Shown: in pieces, positions 1 through 8,269 of the stretch
Numbering within the stretch: position 1 is the first letter of the stretch
Layout: each line of letters opens with the position of its first letter
Notes under the pieces: model-generated
Told to the model about the DNA's origin: nothing
Database searches by the model: none
What the model saw: only the letters and a program-made list of their open reading frames with translations
Assembly: GCA_027083045.1 (NCBI GenBank)
Contig: JALWQP010000092.1
Location: 1-28,028, forward strand
Reading direction: 5' to 3'
Origin: Desulfurococcales archaeon
Lineage (GTDB): Archaea > Thermoproteota > Thermoprotei_A > Sulfolobales > Desulfurococcaceae
DNA length: 28,028 bases
Translations under genes and position numbers: made by a program

Positions 1-92
1 TATATTTCCTCAACACTGTTTTTGCGATAAACTATCCCTATAATATAGTCTCTACAGCGGTAGATGACCAGTAATCTTGATTCGGTCTTCAT
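1..92 (-). CDS. 5' part of an unidentified protein running off the left edge (MKTESRLLVIYRCRDYIIGIVYRKNSVEEI...)
   Basis: ATG at 92-90 overlaps the rpoL TGA (ATGA overlap) and the frame is open to position 1. No family recognised. Confidence 0.55.
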   Translation of the reverse strand, partial: MKTESRLLVIYRCRDYIIGIVYRKNSVEEI

Positions 93-364
93 AAAGCTTC
101 ATCGATTTTATTTTTGAACTCCTCTAATTCTTCCTTGATACTATGAATGATCTCCGAGATCGTACTCCCAAGATCGGCATTCTTATCTACACTTATTATT
201 ATTTCAACTTTTCTCTCGAGAGGATGGGGTATTCTATATGTTGCATAAACAACGTTGGGGTGTTGGACAGCTGATTTTGCTATCAAATTACCTATGGTGT
301 CGTCTTCACCCTCAATAACGATTATTATTTCGTTATCCGTAACGCGCTTTACCTCTACGTTCAT
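89..364 (-). CDS. rpoL: DNA-directed RNA polymerase subunit L (Rpo11)
   Basis: 91 aa with IEGEDDTIGNL and YATYRIPHPLE motifs; GGTGG SD upstream; downstream of csl4 as in the conserved archaeal order. Confidence 0.95.
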   Translation of the reverse strand: MNVEVKRVTDNEIIIVIEGEDDTIGNLIAKSAVQHPNVVYATYRIPHPLERKVEIIISVDKNADLGSTISEIIHSIKEELEEFKNKIDEAL

Positions 365-397
365 GGTGTTCCACCAATAATGGGTATATTCAAAATA

Positions 398-1045
398 TTA
401 TAGGGCATAGTTATTGTCTTTTATATTATTCGCACTGCCTAGGACTTTAAGGATCTGATCTACGGCCGAACGCCACTCTTTCTTGAGTATAGTTCTTCCA
501 TCTTCATCCATGTCGAGTATATGGGCTCGTAAACCCTCCTCAATAATTGCTTGGTAGCTCTTATTGGCCAAGATGGTTGAAGCCACAATGAAGTACTTAC
601 ATGCGGTACCTCTCACGCTGAAACGTATCTTATCTAGTACTTCTATTATTTTCTTGATCATATCAAAGATTTCATCTAGATCAGCATCCGTGATTATCCT
701 ATCTCCCTCAATACGGGCTTTATGGCCTTTCCTCTTGATAACGAACTCTAGGAGCCGCGGAGGAAATGTCCGCCCAACTTTTTCGACGAGGAAATTAATA
801 CTTATTTCTCTTAATCCCCTCTTTTCAACAATGGCAGATTTGTATGCGGATACAAGTCTTTTTATATAGATCCAGGCATCACGTACATCTGATTTATACC
901 CATACATGTCTATCCTAAGCCCCGACGGCTCTATTGTTATATTCATCGATTCGACCACTGGTGTCTTATCACGAATCAGCTCGGCTAGTTTAAGGCATTC
1001 ATCACCATGACATTTGATATAGAAACTCCTCTTAAGAAGAGGCAA
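398..1045 (-). CDS. Conserved crenarchaeal protein, probably DUF2067 family
   Basis: 215 aa ORF with TTG start, lying between csl4 and rpoL, the position DUF2067 genes occupy in crenarchaea. The family call rests mainly on synteny. Confidence 0.65.
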   Translation of the reverse strand: MPLLKRSFYIKCHGDECLKLAELIRDKTPVVESMNITIEPSGLRIDMYGYKSDVRDAWIYIKRLVSAYKSAIVEKRGLREISINFLVEKVGRTFPPRLLEFVIKRKGHKARIEGDRIITDADLDEIFDMIKKIIEVLDKIRFSVRGTACKYFIVASTILANKSYQAIIEEGLRAHILDMDEDGRTILKKEWRSAVDQILKVLGSANNIKDNNYAL

Positions 1046-1046
1046 T

Positions 1047-1616
1047 TTACCACCTGAAGAAATACTTGGAGCTTATCTTGCGTTTCTCAACATTTCCACA
1101 GACGGGGCAAATAAGTCTGTCATCTTTTAGCTTTAGTATCTCACCACACTTGCTACAGAAAGCAACTACTACTCCGAAAGATGGGTGTTTAGTATTTAAC
1201 TGGAATGGCTGCAGACTGTTCAATACCTTAGCTCTTACAACATCACCCAGTCGCAACACATCGTACATCGTTTCAACGTATTCGCTACTCACCTGTGATA
1301 TATGCAGTACACCGGTGAAATCTGTGGACCGTGAAGGCTTGTTCTCGATATTGTATATCCTGATAAATGCTAAATCGTTAGATACCGTCTCAACAATACC
1401 TAGTACGACATCACCGGGCTTTGGTATGATCGGCTTACCTCTGACTTGTCTTACTTCAATCGTCCTCTTGACAATATCTATTAATACTCTCCCGACAAGC
1501 TGGGACCTAATGTTCCCTCCATCATCAATGTATGCACCATAGCCTGGAAAGTATTCTTCTTCCACTCCAAGATAATCGCCGGGAGTTACAAGCATTCCCT
1601 GTCTTGGTTTCTCCAT
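1047..1616 (-). CDS. csl4: Exosome RNA-binding cap protein Csl4
   Basis: N-terminal VTPGDYLGVEEEYFPG, S1 domain (PKPGDVVLG, GVLHISQVS), C-terminal Zn ribbon CSKCG...CPVCG..EKRKIS. Confidence 0.95.
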   Translation of the reverse strand: MEKPRQGMLVTPGDYLGVEEEYFPGYGAYIDDGGNIRSQLVGRVLIDIVKRTIEVRQVRGKPIIPKPGDVVLGIVETVSNDLAFIRIYNIENKPSRSTDFTGVLHISQVSSEYVETMYDVLRLGDVVRAKVLNSLQPFQLNTKHPSFGVVVAFCSKCGEILKLKDDRLICPVCGNVEKRKISSKYFFRW

Positions 1617-1655
1617 ACTACTCCACCATATTTTTCCGAAATCCTTGTCTGGACA

Positions 1656-2300
1656 CTATGATTTCCTGAATATGTAGATAACAGCTTTAACCCTATATAT
1701 GCGTCTGGTATGTGTTTTGAAAATCATAGGTATCATTAGATCCCTTATTTTCTCATCAATTATTCTGAAACCATAACTATCGGATAATATCTGAACTAGT
1801 CTATGAAGTCCAGGACTATACTTATGGATAGAGTAGACGGAATTGGCTATTTCAAATGCTTTCTTTAGAAAGATTATGTCGAGCCCCCGGTTCTTCCGAT
1901 AGACACCGAATGGGGGATTCATAATGACCGTATCTACATGATCCGTATAGGTTTCCCTAACGTCAGAGCATACCATGATGATCTTATGGCCAAACATTTT
2001 CAAGAAATATTCGTTCATCCTTAATGCACTGGTTAAAACACTACAGTCAATATCGATAGCTATCACCCTCTTAGCTCCTAGAATCGAAGCACCTATCGCC
2101 AATCTCATGGTTCCACATCCTAGATCCGCAATTGTCTTTCCAGATATATCGCCATGCATATGCGCTAGCCATAGGATCTCTGCTGCTAGGTTAGAAGGCG
2201 TTACATACTGTTCTAAAGATCTCTTAGGTGTAATAAAACCTGGTATCTGCTCAAGAATCGATTCAAGGTTTCTTTTATTCAGTCTAGTGTTATAAAGCAT
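1656..2300 (-). CDS. METTL5-family N6-adenine RNA methyltransferase
   Basis: LEQYVTP, DLGCGT and MNPPFG motifs; GGTGA SD at 2310-2314 on the minus strand. Confidence 0.88.
   Translation of the reverse strand: MLYNTRLNKRNLESILEQIPGFITPKRSLEQYVTPSNLAAEILWLAHMHGDISGKTIADLGCGTMRLAIGASILGAKRVIAIDIDCSVLTSALRMNEYFLKMFGHKIIMVCSDVRETYTDHVDTVIMNPPFGVYRKNRGLDIIFLKKAFEIANSVYSIHKYSPGLHRLVQILSDSYGFRIIDEKIRDLMIPMIFKTHTRRIYRVKAVIYIFRKS
2290..2297 (+). promoter_or_regulatory. Candidate TATA box (TTATAAAG) for the serine protease gene, inside the first codons of METTL5
   Basis: AT box about 30 bp upstream of TTG 2327. Position fits an archaeal promoter but is untested. Confidence 0.4.
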
Positions 2301-2326
2301 ATTAATCGGTCACCATTAGGAAAAAT

Positions 2327-3205
2327 TTGGGTGTAACAAAATTGGATGGTTTCGGAGACATTATTAGTTTATTGTTTTGGCTCCTACTACTCTATGTGTT
2401 AATTCATCCACAGCTCCAGTATAAGGCATTGTTGAGTGCAAGACTACGCGTGATCAGGACTCTTGAGAGAAAGTATGGATGGCGCGTTATAACGATGATA
2501 CATAGACAGGAGAAGATAGGGTTCTTGGGCATTCCTGTTTATAGATTCATAGACATAGAGGATTCCGAGGCCATAATACGGGCCATAAGAACTACTCCGC
2601 CCGAACAACCCATAGCACTGATACTACATACGCCTGGAGGACTAGTTTTAGCAGCTTCCCAGATAGCGATGGCTCTGAGAAGCCATCCAGCCAAAAAGAT
2701 AGTAATAGTGCCTCACTACGCTATGAGCGGTGGAACGCTTATAGCCTTGGCTGCAGATGAAATACTGTTAGATCGCCATGCAGTTCTAGGCCCTCTCGAT
2801 CCACAACTACCTACACCGAAAGGCACATTCCCTGCTCCGAGTCTGATAAAGATCGCAAAGATAAAGGGAGAAAAAGCCAGCGACGAGATCCTGATATATG
2901 CTGATATTGCTGAGAAAGCATTGAGAGAAATGCAGGACTTTATCAAGAAGATCCTTAAGGGTAGAATGCCCGACGAGAAAGCTGAAGAAATAGCTAGGAA
3001 GCTTACCGAGGGATACTATACCCATGATTACCCAATAACCTTCGAAGAGGCTAAAGAACTAGGCCTACCAGTCAATGACAAGATACCGCCCGAGGTCTAT
3101 GAGCTTATGGAGCTATATCCACAAGCGCTGCAGTACAGGCCCGGAGTCGAATACTTGCCCAGACCATACCATCCCATTCATAGAGGAGATAGCGGGAAGA
3201 AATAA
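2327..3205 (+). CDS. Membrane-anchored Clp-fold serine protease (SDH_sah/DUF114 family)
   Basis: N-terminal hydrophobic helix, LHTPGG, AMSGGTLIALAADEI, GPLDPQ and THDYPI motifs. The start could instead be TTG 2342. Confidence 0.88.
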   Translation: MGVTKLDGFGDIISLLFWLLLLYVLIHPQLQYKALLSARLRVIRTLERKYGWRVITMIHRQEKIGFLGIPVYRFIDIEDSEAIIRAIRTTPPEQPIALILHTPGGLVLAASQIAMALRSHPAKKIVIVPHYAMSGGTLIALAADEILLDRHAVLGPLDPQLPTPKGTFPAPSLIKIAKIKGEKASDEILIYADIAEKALREMQDFIKKILKGRMPDEKAEEIARKLTEGYYTHDYPITFEEAKELGLPVNDKIPPEVYELMELYPQALQYRPGVEYLPRPYHPIHRGDSGKK

Positions 3206-3237
3206 TATTTGGTCATACACGGTCTTCACCGAAAAAC

Positions 3238-4281
3238 TCACCATGGAAACACATATTCGTCAAATTCTTTTTTGAGCACCATTATAAGTTCTCCAGGTGT
3301 TATCACCGGTTTATGATAGTCGGATAAATCATCTATGGGAAGTCTAGGGCAGCTAGTTATAACGAACGCGTCAGGACTAAACGCGTTATCAATTGATGCT
3401 ATCCTGTCCTTATTGACCATTGACACCGAGAAAACAAGGTACTGAACGTTGTACTTATCGAGAAGGCTTTCCAAGTAATTCAAAACTGATAACCTGTATT
3501 GCCCGAGTGTTGGCGATGTTATTAAGGCTATTCTATGGATATCTCTCCTCAATAATTCATATATTTTGTAATATCTAATCCTCAGAATTTTTTCAGAGTA
3601 TTTGGACGCATTCCATATATGTTCCTTATGAGGATCAAGTCCATAGACAAAATGGTTTCTCAAAACCAATGATAAGCCTAGAGCATGGAATTTTCCGCCG
3701 GAAACGACAATAAATGTCTTGGTATTTCTACGTATATTTAGAGCGGCACTATATTCGCATCCAAGCACTTGCCCTTTCTCCATCCATGGATTCGATGGCT
3801 CACCAATATGCACAACATAGCCTCTTCGATTAAGGTGATCCGCTAATTTGCTAAGATAACGTATGTATTGTACGCTTGCAACCAGTCCTATGTTCTCACT
3901 ATGTATAGTTTGTATTATTTCATCGACTAACTTATCCGAGGGTTCTCCGGAATAATAAGCTGGCATATACAGTACTGGGATCGGGAGATCCTTGTATAGC
4001 CATGGATATCTATTATGACCAACGTGCACAACAGCGTCTACACCCATTGTATCAATTTCATCAGATCTAAGCATGCAAGAACCATACCATGGCTCGCCCG
4101 AAATTATTAGTTTGATCTCTGGGAAATTTTTCTTCATAAACCAGACAAGTTCATGTAGGAGGGGTTTAAGCCCATCCGGAGCTTGTAGTAATAGTTTCTT
4201 CACATTGTTTTCAATGATAAATTTCCCTAGCATATTCAGATCTAGCTCATAGAGATCACTAATTTCTACCATACTCATCAC
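3238..4281 (-). CDS. dph2: Diphthamide biosynthesis enzyme Dph2 (ACP transferase)
   Basis: LLQAPDGLK, YGSC, HVGH, GQVLGCEY and TSCPRL, giving three Cys for the Fe-S cluster. Confidence 0.92.
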   Translation of the reverse strand: MMSMVEISDLYELDLNMLGKFIIENNVKKLLLQAPDGLKPLLHELVWFMKKNFPEIKLIISGEPWYGSCMLRSDEIDTMGVDAVVHVGHNRYPWLYKDLPIPVLYMPAYYSGEPSDKLVDEIIQTIHSENIGLVASVQYIRYLSKLADHLNRRGYVVHIGEPSNPWMEKGQVLGCEYSAALNIRRNTKTFIVVSGGKFHALGLSLVLRNHFVYGLDPHKEHIWNASKYSEKILRIRYYKIYELLRRDIHRIALITSPTLGQYRLSVLNYLESLLDKYNVQYLVFSVSMVNKDRIASIDNAFSPDAFVITSCPRLPIDDLSDYHKPVITPGELIMVLKKEFDEYVFPW

Positions 4282-4409
4282 TATTTGATTCTTGTTTGGG
4301 GCATAATTATCTAGATTATCTAGTTCCGATAATGAAAATCACTGGAATTGTAGAATAGAATACTGAGTAGGGCGTATTCTTAATCATTATTATATTTGTG
4401 ATTGTAAAA

Positions 4410-4934
4410 TCAGACGGGTTTTAGTCCTGGTTTTAATGGTTTGAATCTAATCCTTGCTGGTAATGGTAGTTTAGAGGCTGCTCTCCTTAATGCTTCTTTG
4501 GCGTGTTCAACATGTTCTTTCTTTATACGTACCTCCATTACTACTGTTCCTGGATATACTCTTGCTGCAGTTCCTATTGGTTTTCCGAATGCTTGCCTCA
4601 TTCCATCCTGTAGACGGTCTGCACCAGCGAATGCCATCATCTTGTTTTCTCTCAACACATGGTGAGGATAAACCCTTACTTTTAGGAAGTAGTTGTTTTC
4701 GCCCACACTTGTGCTGAGATATTTGTTCGCCATTACACGCGCTGCTTCTAGTGCGTTATGTCTTATCTGTCCAGCCTCGATCATTACTAGTTCCGCGATG
4801 TAATCGTAATCGCCGTGAACATTCCCCATTTCAAACTTGACGATCTTGGGCTGTGGCACTCCCGGTATATACTCTTTCCTCGTGTAAGGTGGACCGCTGA
4901 AGTGTGTATAGCATCGTGCTGGTCTTAGGGGCAT
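4410..4934 (-). CDS. rpl10e: 50S ribosomal protein L10e (uL16)
   Basis: [45 protein letters not shown]; GGTGA SD at 4938-4942. Confidence 0.98.
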   Translation of the reverse strand: MPLRPARCYTHFSGPPYTRKEYIPGVPQPKIVKFEMGNVHGDYDYIAELVMIEAGQIRHNALEAARVMANKYLSTSVGENNYFLKVRVYPHHVLRENKMMAFAGADRLQDGMRQAFGKPIGTAARVYPGTVVMEVRIKKEHVEHAKEALRRAASKLPLPARIRFKPLKPGLKPV

Positions 4935-4988
4935 ATTTCACCACTTCTCTATCCACGTTTAGCTCTAATGTGTTAGAGGCTAGAAATA

Positions 4989-4998
4989 TTTTATAAAA
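4989..4998 (-). promoter_or_regulatory. Candidate TATA box for rpl10e (TTTTATAAAA)
   Basis: AT box 55-64 bp upstream of the ATG, leaving room for the SD-containing leader. Confidence 0.5.
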
Positions 4999-5029
4999 TT
5001 ATTCTCTATCTCGGTAAAACTATGTCTCG

Positions 5030-6079
5030 CTACTTCTTTTTCTCGAGGACAATAATATGTGGATATAGACTTCCATGATGTACTGTTCGTTCATGCACTC
5101 TGATAAGCCCTAATTCATCAATAACTTTGTTTATGAAATTATATTCAGTCGTAATTATTGTTATTCGTCCTCGACTGCTCAGACATTTTGATGCGGATGC
5201 CAAGAAGTCCTTATAGAGTCTCCGAACGGTTGAAGGACTACCATATCTTATCCCGTAGGGTGGATTGGAAATTATATGGTCAAACTCTACCGAGAGCTCA
5301 TGGAGTCTCCGCGCATCCCATACTCCAAAGAATACCCTGTTACGAACACCTGCGGCAAGAGCATTAAGTCTAGCACCCATTATATGATGAGGGTTCTTGT
5401 CAAGACCTTTTATCTCAGCATCCTCATGGATGAGGGCAGCCTCTATGGGAATGGTCCCTCCACCACACATAGGATCGATTATGACATCATGGTCTCTGGT
5501 ACCCGATAATCTTAGCATGGCATAGGCTAATGTGGGCTTAAGAGCTGCTGGGTGATCATATACTCTATACCCCCTCCTATGCATGCTCCTTGTACCCGTG
5601 AGTGAAACGCCTACTAGTAATTCGTCGAAACGCTGAAACGCGAAAACAACGACGTGAGGCTTACGCAGATCCACAGGTGGTCTTTTCCCATAAAACCTCT
5701 CAATGTATCTTATCACCACATCACCGATTATTCTTGCAATATCCATTGATGTGAACTCGTGCGTTCCAACTCTCTCAGCTGATACAGCGAAACTCGTGCT
5801 AGGAGTGATGTATTCTTCTAGACCCTCCATTTCATGCACTAGCCTATCTCTAATTCTTATTAGATCATCCAGTTTCTCTCCTACTTTACCACGCCACAAC
5901 AGTATGTAGGCTCTATTTATGCTTCTAAGCCTCATTATTGCATATTCATTGAAGTTCGCAGGTTTATGGAAAACGTAACCTGACATCATGTGGTAACTTG
6001 TGGTACCACCCATTTCCGCAACAACTTCTTCGGCAACGATATCCTCTATTCCGGGATTAACGCTATAGGCTAGCTCCAT
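5030..6079 (-). CDS. trm14: THUMP-domain tRNA (guanine-N2) methyltransferase, Trm14-like
   Basis: THUMP region (SFAVSAERVGTHEFTS, VDLRKP), SMHRRGYRVYDHPAALKPTLA, DPMCGGGTI and SNPPYG. Confidence 0.85.
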   Translation of the reverse strand: MELAYSVNPGIEDIVAEEVVAEMGGTTSYHMMSGYVFHKPANFNEYAIMRLRSINRAYILLWRGKVGEKLDDLIRIRDRLVHEMEGLEEYITPSTSFAVSAERVGTHEFTSMDIARIIGDVVIRYIERFYGKRPPVDLRKPHVVVFAFQRFDELLVGVSLTGTRSMHRRGYRVYDHPAALKPTLAYAMLRLSGTRDHDVIIDPMCGGGTIPIEAALIHEDAEIKGLDKNPHHIMGARLNALAAGVRNRVFFGVWDARRLHELSVEFDHIISNPPYGIRYGSPSTVRRLYKDFLASASKCLSSRGRITIITTEYNFINKVIDELGLIRVHERTVHHGSLYPHIIVLEKKK

Positions 6080-6113
6080 ATAATCACCGCCTATGAAGGC
6101 ATTAGGAACTACC

Positions 6114-6125
6114 TTAAATATAAAT
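6114..6125. promoter_or_regulatory. TATA-like element (TTAAATATAAAT) between the divergent trm14 and tRNA-Leu genes
   Basis: About 28 bp upstream of the tRNA 5' end and about 35 bp upstream of the trm14 ATG on the other strand. Confidence 0.55.
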
Positions 6126-6152
6126 CCCCTTACCGAATTACCATAGTATGGT

Positions 6153-6265
6153 GCGGGGGTGCCCGAGCCTGGTCGAAGGGGGCGGACTCAAGACAATGGC
6201 TTACCGCCTAGGGGGAGATCCGCTGGCGTAGGCCGGCGTGGGTTCAAATCCCACCCCCCGCACCA
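6153..6265 (+). tRNA. tRNA-Leu(CAA) with encoded CCA and a 25-nt intron
   Basis: Acceptor stem GCGGGGG/CCCCCGC, A73 discriminator plus CCA, anticodon stem GCGGA/TCCGC, CAA at 6189-6191, long variable arm GGC-GTAG-GCC, T arm GTGGG-TTCAAAT-CCCAC. Confidence 0.96.
6193..6217 (+). other. tRNA intron at canonical position 37/38 (ACAATGGCTTACCGCCTAGGGGGAG)
   Basis: Removing it restores the 7-nt anticodon loop CT-CAA-GA. The BHB motif is imperfect. Confidence 0.88.
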
Positions 6266-6272
6266 AACACAC

Positions 6273-6280
6273 TATATAAA
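6273..6280 (+). promoter_or_regulatory. Candidate TATA box (TATATAAA) for the srp54 operon
   Basis: Directly after the tRNA and 50 bp upstream of ATG 6330; GAGGT SD-like motif in between. Confidence 0.5.
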
Positions 6281-6329
6281 CCAGGTAAGACACTCCTCTA
6301 TCCCAGCATGGTTCACGAGGTATGATGAA

Positions 6330-7655
6330 ATGGTATTGGAGGGTGTACGGAAAGCACTAGCATCTTTTCTAAGAGGAAAAGGCGACTATGAGAAAGCTGT
6401 CAAGGAGTTCATCAAAGAGCTACAGAAAGAGCTCATCCGCGCCGACGTTAACATAAGGATTGTCGCGGAGATTACCAGGAAGATCAAGGAGAGAGCCCTA
6501 AAAGAAGAGCCTCCACCAGGTATTACAAGGCGTGAATGGTTCGTAACGATAGTGTACGAAGAACTAACAAAGCTCTTCGGAGGAGAAAAGAAGCCTCAAG
6601 TCAAACCAGAGAAAAAGCCATGGGTAATCCTCCTAGTCGGACTTCAGGGTAGCGGAAAAACAACGACGGCCGGAAAACTCGCATATTACTACAAGCTGGA
6701 CGGATACAGGGTCGGACTAGTAGCAGCCGATACATATAGGCCCGCCGCATATGAGCAGTTAAAACAACTTGCCGAAGAAGCCGGTGTCCCAATATATGGC
6801 GAGCCCGGAAACAAGAACTCGGTAGCAATCGCGAGAAATGGTGTTAAGTACTTCATGGACAAAGGCTTCGATATAATCATTGTCGACACAGCTGGCAGGC
6901 ATCACCGCGAAGAAGACCTACTCGCAGAGATGAACCAGATCAGTAAGACCATAAATCCTGACGAGGTCGTCCTAGTGATAGATGCAGCAATAGGCCAACA
7001 AGCATACAATATAGCTAAAAGATTCCACGAAGCAACACCGATAGGCTCAATCATTATAACCAAGCTGGACGGCACAGCTAAGGGCGGTGGAGCCTTATCA
7101 GCAGTAGCAGTAACCGGGGCAACAATCAAGTTCATAGGTACTGGCGAGAAACTAGACGAGCTAGAAGTCTTTAAACCACCGAAATTTGTTGCACGCATCT
7201 TAGGAATGGGTGATCTAGAGGCTCTTGTTGAGAGAGTGAAAAGAGTGCAGGTAGAGTTTACCGAGAAGGATATCGAGGACTTCGTATCAGGAAAACTTAA
7301 TATGAGGATAATCTATAAACAACTTATTAGCCTAAGAAAAATGGGCCCGCTAAGCAAAATACTTCAGATGATCCCTGGACTAGGTATGAAGCTCCCACTA
7401 GAGCTTGAAGCTGGTAAGGCCGAGGAAAGAATAAAGAAATGGATCGCGATAATTAACTCCATGACCTATGAGGAGCTGAATAAGCCCGAGATAATAGATA
7501 GGAGACGAATAAGGAGAATAGCCCTTGGAGCTGGAGTCAGGCCGGAAGATGTTAAGGAGTTATTGAAACAATATCAGGCTATGAAAAGACTTGCAAAACA
7601 ATTGAGAAAGAGAAAGAACATTCTCGAGAGACTACAGTTAGGCTTTAAACCTTGA
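6330..7655 (+). CDS. srp54: Signal recognition particle protein SRP54
   Basis: GLQGSGKTTT, DTYRPAAYEQL, DTAGRH, TKLDGTAKGGGALS and an M domain (IRRIALGAG). Start reassigned to ATG 6330 because the ORF-track extension runs through the tRNA. Confidence 0.97.
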   Translation: MVLEGVRKALASFLRGKGDYEKAVKEFIKELQKELIRADVNIRIVAEITRKIKERALKEEPPPGITRREWFVTIVYEELTKLFGGEKKPQVKPEKKPWVILLVGLQGSGKTTTAGKLAYYYKLDGYRVGLVAADTYRPAAYEQLKQLAEEAGVPIYGEPGNKNSVAIARNGVKYFMDKGFDIIIVDTAGRHHREEDLLAEMNQISKTINPDEVVLVIDAAIGQQAYNIAKRFHEATPIGSIIITKLDGTAKGGGALSAVAVTGATIKFIGTGEKLDELEVFKPPKFVARILGMGDLEALVERVKRVQVEFTEKDIEDFVSGKLNMRIIYKQLISLRKMGPLSKILQMIPGLGMKLPLELEAGKAEERIKKWIAIINSMTYEELNKPEIIDRRRIRRIALGAGVRPEDVKELLKQYQAMKRLAKQLRKRKNILERLQLGFKP

Positions 7656-8269
7656 CACTATCCAAGATCTTAACACCATATTTTCCCCGAAGAATATTTG
7701 TGTTCGAAACACGTGATCCATGCAAAGAGATCAACAGGTTAAAAACCCTCGTACTCTATGCATTAACCGTAAGCTACGGCATCAGAATAGATACCCTTGT
7801 CATACTGTACTCAACGCCCATGTCAATACTCCTTGATGGATATGGTCTCAGACACTTCCATCCACAAGACAAGAGCCTAACTCATTTCCTTGAATCTATT
7901 CTATGTAAAAACAAGCTATATCCCGGAGTACATCTTCTACCATCCGAGATAATAACTGAATTTATAGGTGGGGCTGAGCTCTTAATAGTGCCAAAAACCC
8001 CGGGAACAACCAATGCATATAGCAGTGTCTTACTCACTAGGCTAACCTCGATACCTCCATCAACGATAGTTATCAATACATTGGAAAATCGCACCAGTAT
8101 TGAGAATTCTTTTGTCTTTGAATTACCAGTATCTGGTAATCAACTGTATTTTACAATAGCTTCAAATTATATTCTAGACCTAGCTTATGGTAGTTGGATT
8201 AGGAGGAGAGGAAAAATTGAGCGGAGAGAGCCTTTACGATATCATATTAACGGCGCAGAAAATGCTTGA
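7652..8269 (+). CDS. Divergent TrmY-like (SPOUT/DUF358) protein, possibly inactive
   Basis: Segments ALTVSYGIRID, ILLDGYGLRHFHPQDKSL, YPGVHL and TIASNYILD line up with recalled TrmY motifs. Lies between srp54 (TTGA overlap) and pus10. Confidence 0.6.
   Translation: MTLSKILTPYFPRRIFVFETRDPCKEINRLKTLVLYALTVSYGIRIDTLVILYSTPMSILLDGYGLRHFHPQDKSLTHFLESILCKNKLYPGVHLLPSEIITEFIGGAELLIVPKTPGTTNAYSSVLLTRLTSIPPSTIVINTLENRTSIENSFVFELPVSGNQLYFTIASNYILDLAYGSWIRRRGKIERREPLRYHINGAENA

Noticed and set aside
4306-4323. Tandem ATTATCTAG x2 upstream of dph2
   Set aside because: Short AT-rich duplication overlapping the likely TATA region; plausible by slippage or chance.
6193-6217. tRNA intron as a C/D guide RNA, or alternative splicing to tRNA-Ser(GGA)
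   Set aside because: The intron is only 25 nt and has no C/D boxes; the A73 discriminator and acceptor stem are leucine-type, and the alternative junction lacks BHB support.
6159-6329. 57-aa N-terminal extension of the SRP54 ORF
   Set aside because: It runs through the tRNA-Leu gene. Family homology starts at MVLEG (ATG 6330), which has its own TATA box and SD.
6153-6330. tRNA as an integration site (att) for a mobile element
   Set aside because: I found no duplicated tRNA 3' end and no integrase or transposase in the window; the flanks are core genes.
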